Shown in pieces: positions 44,830 to 53,009 of a stretch of DNA of 64,000 bases (within the stretch, counting starts at the first letter, position 1; every line of letters begins with the position of its first letter). The notes below the pieces were generated by a model. It saw nothing but the letters and a program-made list of their open reading frames with translations. It was not told the origin of the DNA and ran no database searches. The translations under genes and the position numbers were made by a program. The stretch is taken from sequence record MZ443783.1; one strand, written 5' to 3'.

Positions 44830-44891
44830 TAGTTGCTCCTGAGATTAATCTCGTAAGTTTTCAGATACTAAACAGTCACGGTGCGCGACGA

Positions 44892-45614
44892 TTAAGCGCC
44901 GTAAGAGGAAGTGGTTTCGATGATCAGGTAGCCGCGCTCAGTAGTAGGCGCTTGCTTGATGATCAGACCTTTCAGCACGGTGCCGTTACCACCGATGGTC
45001 AGCAGGCCGTTTGGACCCAGGCTTGGGTGCAGCACGTTGTCAGCAGACCAGTCAGCAGTCGGGTCAAACATAGAGGTAGCAACGTTACCCAGTTTGATGT
45101 ACGCGATGCGGCCTTCAACGTTAGACGGCAGACCACCGATAGGGGCATCAGCAGTGTAAGAACGCGCTTCGGTCACGGTCAGTTCGTAAGCATACTGGAT
45201 GCGAACTTTCTTACCAATGTCGTCAGCGTGGAAGTACAGGTCAGCACCCTGAACACCGACTTTACCTTCGGCAGTAGGAGCTGCGTTAGCTTCCTGATCT
45301 GCTTTAGTACCGTCGATTTTAACCAGCAGTGCGCCAGCGTTAGGAACGCGGGATGCAGTGAATTTTTTGGTAGCGTCGATAACGAACTCTTCCACACGGT
45401 TCATGTTCGCAGGCGGCATAGAGCGAGCCAGAGCGAAACCGGCGAATACTTCGTCAGCAGCACCAGTAGACAGACGCAGGAAGGAGTGACCGCCTTCGCG
45501 AGTCCAAACCAGTGCGACGCCTTCTTCGTGGATTACTTCACCCGGCAGCAGATCAGCTTCCTGGGTCTGTACGATTGCGGTAGCGTTTTGAAACAACATA
45601 ATCAAATTCTCCAA
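44892..45614 (-). CDS. Capsid decoration/minor head protein
   Basis: Lies between scaffold and major capsid genes; strong codon bias; FAGFA...IKLGNV.TS.FD pattern. Confidence 0.6.
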   Translation of the reverse strand: MENLIMLFQNATAIVQTQEADLLPGEVIHEEGVALVWTREGGHSFLRLSTGAADEVFAGFALARSMPPANMNRVEEFVIDATKKFTASRVPNAGALLVKIDGTKADQEANAAPTAEGKVGVQGADLYFHADDIGKKVRIQYAYELTVTEARSYTADAPIGGLPSNVEGRIAYIKLGNVATSMFDPTADWSADNVLHPSLGPNGLLTIGGNGTVLKGLIIKQAPTTERGYLIIETTSSYGA

Positions 45615-45650
45615 TAAGAGATTGCGAGATTAAACTACTGTCTGCCTGTA

Positions 45651-47684
45651 TTAGCGCAGACGAGCCAGTTTATCAGCGAAGGATGAGCCAGTGGAAGCTG
45701 AACTCTGGGAAGAAACAGACTCGAGGTCCTGATTCAACAGGTCAGCAGCAGTCTGTTGTTTGACTGGTGCAGTGGTAACCTGCTGTTGAACAACTGCCTG
45801 GCGGTCGGCACTAACAGTACCAGCAGCGGCGTCGATCGATTCAGAAATTTCGTTCTGGGCTACTTCGGACTTGCTCATCAGGTCCATCGCTTTTGACAGC
45901 GAAGCCGCGAGGAAGTCTTTACCGTGAGCGATAAACGCACGTTCAATCAGAGCACGTGGCTCTTTGAGACCGGCAGCAGTCAGAGAACTCGCCAGAGACT
46001 CAACGATTGGGTTACGCACATCACCCCAGAAGTTTTTGGTAACACCCAGCTGGGCAGCAGACAGCGCAGCGACCAGACGATCAGCGTGAGCTGAGGTAGC
46101 TTCTTCAATAGTCGCAGTGACGTTAGAAGTTGCTTCGTTGATACGCGCGTCGGATTCAGCCACCAGCAGTTTGTCTACCGGCATTTCGAACTGATACGGC
46201 ATAAAGCCGAACGATTCACAAGTACCAGCAACACCAGTCTGATTCAGAGAGTGTGATACGGCACGGATGAAATTATCAGTATCGAAAGATTTAACCGCAT
46301 TTTCTTCGCCGACTGCATTAGATACAGAAGCGAGAGTAGCGCGGGCCAGAGGTTCGCCATCGTAGTACATGTGAACAGTGTTCACTTTACCAGCAGCGCG
46401 GCTCAGGCTAACGAGTGACGGGTCCAGCGTGCCGTGGTTGGCTTGCGCAGTGGACAGACTGTCGAAGGTGCGGCTGACGGCTTTACTTTCAGAATCGAAA
46501 TCGTCTTCGTCGTCGAGGTCGAGATCATCTTCTTCCAGTTCTTCGTCGTCGAGGTCTTCGTCTTCATCGCTAGATGATTCGGAATCGAAATCGTCGTCGA
46601 GGTCTTCGTCATCCAGATCTTCGTCGTCGAGGTCGTCTTCGTCGAGATCTTCGTCGAGATCTTCGTCGTCTTCGTCGTCGTCAGAGCTGGATTCAGAATC
46701 GAAGTCGTCTTCGTCTTCTTCCAGGTCTTCGTCATCCAGATCATCTTCATCCAGATCTTCGTCGTCGAGGTCGTCTTCGTCGTCGATATCATCTTCATCA
46801 TCGTTGGATGATTCGGAGTCGATATCGTCTTCGTCCAGATCGTCATCTTCGTCGTCGAGGTCATCTTCCTCAACAATGTCGATATCGCTGTCGTCGCCAG
46901 ATTGAGATTCAATCGGCTCATCAACCAGCGCGGCAGAACAGTGAGCGCAGAACACTGGCTCTTCATCGGAAGATACAGTGAATGGCTGGTCGCAGTTAGC
47001 GGAGCAGCTATAGATATGCGCTTCAACTTCACCGCCAGCAGAAGACAGAGCCGCTACAGCTTCTGGAGCTTCTTGCGGGTCACAGGAAGTTACTTCCTGG
47101 CCGGTGTACGGGTCGAAGTTTGCGGCAGTAGCAGCGTTAAAGCTACCAGTACCAGACACAGCGGTAAACGTGTGTGCGTTGCTCAGTGCCAGTGCGAAGT
47201 TGCGTTGTGCAGCTTCGGCAGTCTCGCCGGTAGCAACCAGACCAACGTGTTCAACCTGTTCGTCAGCAGAAGCTGATTCGGCCAGGAATTGAGTAACGCG
47301 TTCGTCAGTGATTTCGGACAGGTCAGCAGAGCACGATGGGCAGCAGCCCTGAACCAGAGCAGAGCTATCAGAGATAACGTGGCTACCGCAACCATCAAGA
47401 CAGATGGTGTAATGCGCTTTCACGTCACCAGCAGAAGACTGCGACTGGACTTCGGCTTTCTCAACCAAATCAGGATGCTCTACCAGCAGTTCTTCACCGC
47501 CGTTAGGATTGTAAAGGTCCGCGCCGCTCTGCGAAGCAAAGCCCACACCGGCAGAGTTCCCGAAAATCATCAGGTTCTGACCGAGTGCAGTACGGCGAAA
47601 GTTCTCTACTGCCTGATTATGGTTTTGACCGACACACAGGATACCCGCGAGTTGGGTAATCTTTGGCATGGTTAAAACCCTCAT
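45651..47684 (-). CDS. Scaffold/core-like head protein with two Cys4 Zn-ribbon-like repeats and a long D/E tract (677 aa)
   Basis: CLDGC...CCPSC and CSANC...CAHC; ~140-aa acidic tract; lies between protease and capsid genes. Confidence 0.65.
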   Translation of the reverse strand: MRVLTMPKITQLAGILCVGQNHNQAVENFRRTALGQNLMIFGNSAGVGFASQSGADLYNPNGGEELLVEHPDLVEKAEVQSQSSAGDVKAHYTICLDGCGSHVISDSSALVQGCCPSCSADLSEITDERVTQFLAESASADEQVEHVGLVATGETAEAAQRNFALALSNAHTFTAVSGTGSFNAATAANFDPYTGQEVTSCDPQEAPEAVAALSSAGGEVEAHIYSCSANCDQPFTVSSDEEPVFCAHCSAALVDEPIESQSGDDSDIDIVEEDDLDDEDDDLDEDDIDSESSNDDEDDIDDEDDLDDEDLDEDDLDDEDLEEDEDDFDSESSSDDDEDDEDLDEDLDEDDLDDEDLDDEDLDDDFDSESSSDEDEDLDDEELEEDDLDLDDEDDFDSESKAVSRTFDSLSTAQANHGTLDPSLVSLSRAAGKVNTVHMYYDGEPLARATLASVSNAVGEENAVKSFDTDNFIRAVSHSLNQTGVAGTCESFGFMPYQFEMPVDKLLVAESDARINEATSNVTATIEEATSAHADRLVAALSAAQLGVTKNFWGDVRNPIVESLASSLTAAGLKEPRALIERAFIAHGKDFLAASLSKAMDLMSKSEVAQNEISESIDAAAGTVSADRQAVVQQQVTTAPVKQQTAADLLNQDLESVSSQSSASTGSSFADKLARLR

Positions 47685-47746
47685 AAATTTTTAGTCGTTG
47701 AATCGACAGGTTAAAATTAACGATTGCAGAAAAAATTCAGGTATTT

Positions 47747-48880
47747 TTAAACTTTTCTGCTATCAATGTCAGCTTGCGGAATATAGCGATTTTCGAAGTA
47801 TTTATTGACCACTTCTACTCCGTTTAACGTATAAACGTTACGCATACTATCACCCCAAACCATTAGCTCTGCGAGGGTCGCAAAGTGTTCTGCGGGCACT
47901 GTATTTATGGTACGTGCGTTCAAGCTATCTGGATGGATTTTCTTTCCTCGGATAGCCTGATCGAACTTCATACGGTCAACATTTCGTATCATCGTATGGT
48001 CAACAAAGTGCGCCAATTCGTGGGTCATTGCATGGCCAAATGAACGGCTATTATAACCCCCGAACAAGTCCACCAACTGCTTTGGACTCATTGAAATTAC
48101 ACCATACAGGAATCCTGACACGGTATAAGTAGCAATATGTGACCCACCAACATCGTTACCCTGTTTAACGATACCCACATACAGGCGTTTAAACGGCAGC
48201 GGCACATTAAGACCTATGCCGGGCATGACATTTTCCTGAATGTCTTTGAGAACATAGTCAGGAGGACTCACGCCGTCCAGCAGGATTTTCTTGCCACCTA
48301 TACGCAGTTCGTCAGCACCCAATACCTCAAGATGCACATTGCCACAACGTGGTAGCTTCTGGACTGCGTAGTTATTTGGCGTACCACCAGGATAGTTAGC
48401 GTTTGCATACACCAAGGCTTTCATATCACCGAACTGCGGCATGTCCATTAGACGGCGCTGTTTGGCTTTGAGCGACTCTGGCGTATCTACACCGAACTGG
48501 TCAAGAGGGCCATCGGCTGGTGTATCTTGTTCGGGCGCTGGAGCTTCTACTTGCATGGGTTTCGCTTTGACAGGCACAGGCTTCGGCTTTGGTGCAGCAG
48601 CTTTCTGCTTTTCCTCGTAAGGAACGAAGTCGAATCCAGGCTTGAAGAGGGCGTCAGGCTTAGCCGTGAATGGGCGACTCTGCGATACTACGCGGTCACC
48701 GTCTTCTCCACTGATTGCATAAGCCATGTCGTATTTAGGATGGGCTATGTAGTACAGGTCGTCACTCACTTTGACCAGACCTACAACCTCGCGTGTATGC
48801 AGATGCACACCGTTTGAGATCATAGCGTCCGGCCCAAGGTAACGATAGTACGAATAGTCTGCTATGGACATATCGGACAT
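47747..48880 (-). CDS. Hypothetical protein with HExxH (zinc metallopeptidase-like) motif
   Basis: AMTHELAHFVD...AEHFATLAE; start probably the TAATG-coupled ATG at 48880 (ORF track gives 48922). Confidence 0.65.
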   Translation of the reverse strand: MSDMSIADYSYYRYLGPDAMISNGVHLHTREVVGLVKVSDDLYYIAHPKYDMAYAISGEDGDRVVSQSRPFTAKPDALFKPGFDFVPYEEKQKAAAPKPKPVPVKAKPMQVEAPAPEQDTPADGPLDQFGVDTPESLKAKQRRLMDMPQFGDMKALVYANANYPGGTPNNYAVQKLPRCGNVHLEVLGADELRIGGKKILLDGVSPPDYVLKDIQENVMPGIGLNVPLPFKRLYVGIVKQGNDVGGSHIATYTVSGFLYGVISMSPKQLVDLFGGYNSRSFGHAMTHELAHFVDHTMIRNVDRMKFDQAIRGKKIHPDSLNARTINTVPAEHFATLAELMVWGDSMRNVYTLNGVEVVNKYFENRYIPQADIDSRKV

Positions 48881-49659
48881 TAAGCCATCCGCAGCAGATG
48901 TTCTTTGTACGTTGCAGCACACGCGAATGCTGGATCATCAACCGAGCTACATTCGAAGCCAGTCAACATCTTGCAATCACGATACACCAGACGGCCTGTA
49001 CGACCATCGAGGTAAGTAGGCTTATTGAATGCCGTGTGCGAACAGAAGTTACGATGACGCGGTGTAACCAACTGACCACAGATACTGCACTTATATGCCT
49101 TGTACGTTGTGCCTTTAGAGTACGTGTTAAGCTCGCCACTCAGAATACGGTCGCAACGCTCTTTGCAGCGTGTACGGTCAAACGCCAGCAGCAGAGTAAG
49201 ACGCGCATGGTTGCCACGGAAGTTTTGCAGCTTCGACAGGTTCGAGTCAAAGATCATTCCCATTGCCTGGCGGTAATCTTTGTTGTTGTGCTCGATGAAC
49301 GTAGGCTTACCGATGAACGTTTGATAAGCAAGACGGCCTTGGTCTGGATTGAATGTCAGCCATTCTTGAAGTGAGAACGCATCACCGTTAGTGTTCGGCA
49401 GTTCAGTGATATTCACAGGAACAGGCACGATGATGTAGTCACGAATATCTCGCGAGGTGTTGTACTGCTCGGCCGCTTTAGGCAGCCACACGTTCACGTC
49501 AAGATTAAACGAGCCTGATTGAATGCCGAAACGCGACGCATCTACACGAATGGATTTAGCATCACGGCTAACATCTTCTTTGTGCATATCAATCGCGTTT
49601 AGACCAACAAGGCCCATATCCGAGGTATCAAAAGACTCGGAGCGAATGGACTGGTCCAT
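48880..49659 (-). CDS. Prohead (head maturation) protease
   Basis: NTNGDAFS..E...FIGKPTFIEHNN...GMIFD...YSKG motifs; C-terminal Cys cluster (CSICG...FCSH). Confidence 0.8.
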   Translation of the reverse strand: MDQSIRSESFDTSDMGLVGLNAIDMHKEDVSRDAKSIRVDASRFGIQSGSFNLDVNVWLPKAAEQYNTSRDIRDYIIVPVPVNITELPNTNGDAFSLQEWLTFNPDQGRLAYQTFIGKPTFIEHNNKDYRQAMGMIFDSNLSKLQNFRGNHARLTLLLAFDRTRCKERCDRILSGELNTYSKGTTYKAYKCSICGQLVTPRHRNFCSHTAFNKPTYLDGRTGRLVYRDCKMLTGFECSSVDDPAFACAATYKEHLLRMA

Positions 49660-49669
49660 CGTGTTCTCC

Positions 49670-50092
49670 CTATTGGAAATTGTTGATGTTATCGGCGCTT
49701 GCGTTAGCCAAACGAACGCAACCCTCTTCGACTTGGAAGCCGTTGAGTCCGTCCATAGTGCTTAGCCAGTAGCGCAGCCGTCCATCTGAAATTACTGCGT
49801 TTTCAACATACGCAGGAACTTCTTTGCCCGAATCTTTGAACGTGGCAATGACTTCAACGCCAGGGTAGAACACGTCGAATGACTTCGTGCTGAATATAGG
49901 CTTGACGATATCGGTCTCGGTCACTGGGTGCATTGCGTAGCGACTCTGAATCATGTACAGAGCCTCAGTTGCTCCGATAAGAATCGAGTTGATTGTGCCA
50001 CGCAACTGACAACGTTCAGTACCTTCTAAATTGCGCCCGTGATAGAACGTCACGATATCGCCGATGTTATAATCAAAAGAGAACTGGGCCAT
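49670..50092 (-). CDS. Hypothetical protein with two SH3/KOW-like units
   Basis: FDYNIGDIVTF and FYPGVEVIATF repeats; GAGGT SD supports the ATG at 50092. Confidence 0.65.
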   Translation of the reverse strand: MAQFSFDYNIGDIVTFYHGRNLEGTERCQLRGTINSILIGATEALYMIQSRYAMHPVTETDIVKPIFSTKSFDVFYPGVEVIATFKDSGKEVPAYVENAVISDGRLRYWLSTMDGLNGFQVEEGCVRLANASADNINNFQ

Positions 50093-50093
50093 G

Positions 50094-50969
50094 TTAACCT
50101 CGCAGCGCACCACGTGCCCAAGACTTGGCAAGAGCCAGAGTCATACGGCTCGGGTTTTGCAGTTTGACTTCACCTTTATGTACGGCAGTGAATGGCTCAT
50201 GAGCATTCTCACCACGGCCTGAACGATATGCAGCTTCATTGAAACCGTCGAATAGCGTTACAACCCAGCCGGTGGACTTATCAGAACATTCACCACACGC
50301 TTTGTCCCAGCTAATCTTACCGCAAGTACGTCCACCAGCATTCACTGCATAACTTACTTGCTCGGTACCTTTATACAGGTCCTGAGCTTTCATCGCTTTG
50401 AACGTCACGCGAGTAGAAGATTCCGAGCGAGGCATCATCTTCTCTTTCAGTGCTTCAATGTCCAGAGAACTCCAGAACGATTCAAACAGCGCAGCGAACT
50501 TCTGCTCAATAGGCAGGTCGATTGTGTTGATCTGTGCGATAGTACTGGAGCTGTCGTTCAGCACACGGTTAAGGAAATAGCCACCGAGAATTACAGGCAT
50601 CTGGGTGCCTTGTGCGCCAGCCGTAAGGCCCGCACGTTTCGCGTACATATCACACATACCGATAGCAAGACGCGCCAACGTCATGAACGTCTGCTTCTCG
50701 GTACTGTTAGCGATCTCCGTGTAGATACGCGCAGCGATTGCAGGCACTACGGTACGTTTCGCCACGCTTAGGATATCCTCTGGAGAGATAGCCTGACCGA
50801 GTTTCTTCTTGGCAGCCAGCTCAAAAGCATTAATCAGGCTTGCTTTGTTCGCTGGTGTCAGAGACTCGCTCAACTTGATAGTCGTCTGCTCGGAGCTGTT
50901 CACCAGACTCGGCTGCGGTGCTACCTTCAGTCTGCGGACTCCCGTCGTGTTCAATCGAGCTACTGTCAT
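50094..50969 (-). CDS. Hypothetical protein (291 aa), candidate head protein
   Basis: AGGA SD; KLSESL motif; start lies inside the upstream glycosyltransferase ORF. Confidence 0.7.
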   Translation of the reverse strand: MTVARLNTTGVRRLKVAPQPSLVNSSEQTTIKLSESLTPANKASLINAFELAAKKKLGQAISPEDILSVAKRTVVPAIAARIYTEIANSTEKQTFMTLARLAIGMCDMYAKRAGLTAGAQGTQMPVILGGYFLNRVLNDSSSTIAQINTIDLPIEQKFAALFESFWSSLDIEALKEKMMPRSESSTRVTFKAMKAQDLYKGTEQVSYAVNAGGRTCGKISWDKACGECSDKSTGWVVTLFDGFNEAAYRSGRGENAHEPFTAVHKGEVKLQNPSRMTLALAKSWARGALRG

Positions 50970-52074
50970 TTGTTTCTTCCTGAGTAGGAGCCTGTAGATA
51001 TTGCAGCAGGCCAGAGTTCATGATCTCCTCATTCACATCCTGACCACGAAGCGTAGCGAGATGTGCGAGGTAATTGAGTGCGGGTTCGACCATACCCAGA
51101 TTGCGACAGCCCCAATAGGCTATGTCATAACACAGGTCTAAATTAATAGCGGTCTGGTCGAACAGGAAACCTTTTGGATTCTGCTTGGTCGCTTCAATGC
51201 CCTGAACAGCCATACCGATAGCATTGATGTTATCGCCGTGTCGGTAGAAGATATCAGCCAGCATCGAATACGCTTCAATGCGGTCAGGACGGAATGCTAT
51301 AGCGCGATAACACGCACACACCGCTTCCTGAGTGAAGCCCTGCTTGTACGTGGCTTTCGCCAGTTCGATGTTGGCGATTGTAACGTAATCCGCCCACTTA
51401 GCAATGCCTGCCAAGCGGTCTACTTCGCGCCGTGCGTCTTCGAGCAAATCAGGACGTTCGTAATACGCAACGGCATAGCAGAGTTCACGCGCATAGTAGA
51501 AACTGCAACGGTCATCATGCGGATAGTCACCAACATCGAGTCCAAGCTCCAGCAGATAGTTACGGCCTTTGCTGTGGTCTGGATAGTGATCGGTGGCGAA
51601 CGGAGCTTCAACCGTTCTGAGTTGCTGTCCAGGCTTACGCGAGGTAAGCACTTCATGCGCACGATATTTCCAGAAGTAAGAACGACGGCGGTATGCCTTC
51701 ATCTGACTGTAGTGGCTGTCACCATTGCGCATCAGAATCCAAACAGCTTCTGCCTTCTTAATGCCTTGCATTGTGCGCAGCTTCTCAACCCAATCAGGGT
51801 CATCGAAACGCTCATCAATATCAAGCCACACTACAAGGTCATCTTCGGAGAATGGCGTAGCGGCCAGTTCACGACTTGCACCAAGGTTACGCTCTTGACT
51901 AACATCAAACGTGTGGTAGATGTTAGGGTGCGGGAACGCCGAGATGATGTTTGTGGTTTGGTCTTCGCTGCCTGTATCGACAATGCTAATCGCATCAGCC
52001 TTGGCTACGTGCTTCAACCACTCACCCATATTCTTTTCTTCATTGCGACAGATAGCCGCTACGCAAATTCTCAT
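50830..52074 (-). CDS. Glycosyltransferase family 2 with TPR repeats
   Basis: RICVAAICRNEE...IVDTGSED; WLDIDE (DxD-like); WKYRAHE; TPR-like helices (AIAFRPDRIEAY). Confidence 0.9.
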   Translation of the reverse strand: MRICVAAICRNEEKNMGEWLKHVAKADAISIVDTGSEDQTTNIISAFPHPNIYHTFDVSQERNLGASRELAATPFSEDDLVVWLDIDERFDDPDWVEKLRTMQGIKKAEAVWILMRNGDSHYSQMKAYRRRSYFWKYRAHEVLTSRKPGQQLRTVEAPFATDHYPDHSKGRNYLLELGLDVGDYPHDDRCSFYYARELCYAVAYYERPDLLEDARREVDRLAGIAKWADYVTIANIELAKATYKQGFTQEAVCACYRAIAFRPDRIEAYSMLADIFYRHGDNINAIGMAVQGIEATKQNPKGFLFDQTAINLDLCYDIAYWGCRNLGMVEPALNYLAHLATLRGQDVNEEIMNSGLLQYLQAPTQEETNDSSSIEHDGSPQTEGSTAAESGEQLRADDYQVERVSDTSEQSKPD

Positions 52075-52089
52075 ACATGCCTCATTGGG

Positions 52090-53007
52090 TTATACTAAAA
52101 CGTTACCACTATCCCACCAGCGCTTACCGTAGATATCAGACACACGGTATTCGAGGATGAGAGGTTGGTCCAGGTCGACTTGTGTTATGTATCGCTGTAG
52201 AGAAGGACTCCACACTGTTTTCTCCTCAGTGTAAAGCCGTATCTCCAGCTCAACGTCGCCTTGAGAGTTCTTCGGTACGAACGGATGAGAATAGTCCCCA
52301 TCGAAACCCGCACCAAGAGAGTCGTCGAAGTAAGTGAATGCGCGAACTTCTTCACCAGTGTTGATGATCGTGGGTGCATACACTTGACGGTTATAATACG
52401 CAGTATAGTCGGCAACAGTTGTCTGCCAAACTGTACGGCGCTTATAGATACGCGTCACGCCTTTGCTGTCTGTCTCCGCACGATATTGGTTGTAGTACCA
52501 AGTTATCTGTGCGAACTTAACAGGCTTCAACGGTGTTTGACCAGACGCATATTTCATGAACGGCTTCGCAGTGAAACGGTGATATGTCTTCTGCGTGTTC
52601 AAGCGATAAAGCAGAACCTGATACGTGTACCACTGATAAACATCGAGGGTAATCGTACCTGAGTCTGATTGCTGCGTACCGTTAGTAAGGATGTATGCGA
52701 AACAGTCCGTACCTACGTAGCCGCTGCGTGGGTTATAGAGGAACGCATCGCTAAAGTTGTTCAGTTGCACTGTGCCTACCATCGGGTCATTGACCTTGAT
52801 CGCAGAAAGGCGCCAACCCCTTTGAGCTGGCACCTTATCAAGCACACCCTCAGTCGGGCTATGCAACGTCACTTCATCACGAGCGCCTTGTAAGATCTTT
52901 TCGAGCGTTATCTCGGTCTTACCCGAGTTACGCACTCGCACCGTAAGGTTCGGAGCTAATGGTTTGTAATTGCGCCAATAGTCGAACGTACAAGGCAAAG
53001 AGAGCAT
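52090..53007 (-). CDS. Virion protein with Ig/cadherin-like (Big_9-like) domain
   Basis: NDP...GTV.L....FLYNP.SGYVGTDCFAYILTNG..QS..GTITL. Confidence 0.7.
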   Translation of the reverse strand: MLSLPCTFDYWRNYKPLAPNLTVRVRNSGKTEITLEKILQGARDEVTLHSPTEGVLDKVPAQRGWRLSAIKVNDPMVGTVQLNNFSDAFLYNPRSGYVGTDCFAYILTNGTQQSDSGTITLDVYQWYTYQVLLYRLNTQKTYHRFTAKPFMKYASGQTPLKPVKFAQITWYYNQYRAETDSKGVTRIYKRRTVWQTTVADYTAYYNRQVYAPTIINTGEEVRAFTYFDDSLGAGFDGDYSHPFVPKNSQGDVELEIRLYTEEKTVWSPSLQRYITQVDLDQPLILEYRVSDIYGKRWWDSGNVLV

Positions 53008-53009
53008 AG

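Noticed and set aside
46378-47032. Poly-Ser, poly-Thr and poly-Arg ORFs in alternative frames
   Set aside because: Artefacts of the GAC/GAA acidic-tract repeats in the scaffold gene; the same applies to 55202-55969
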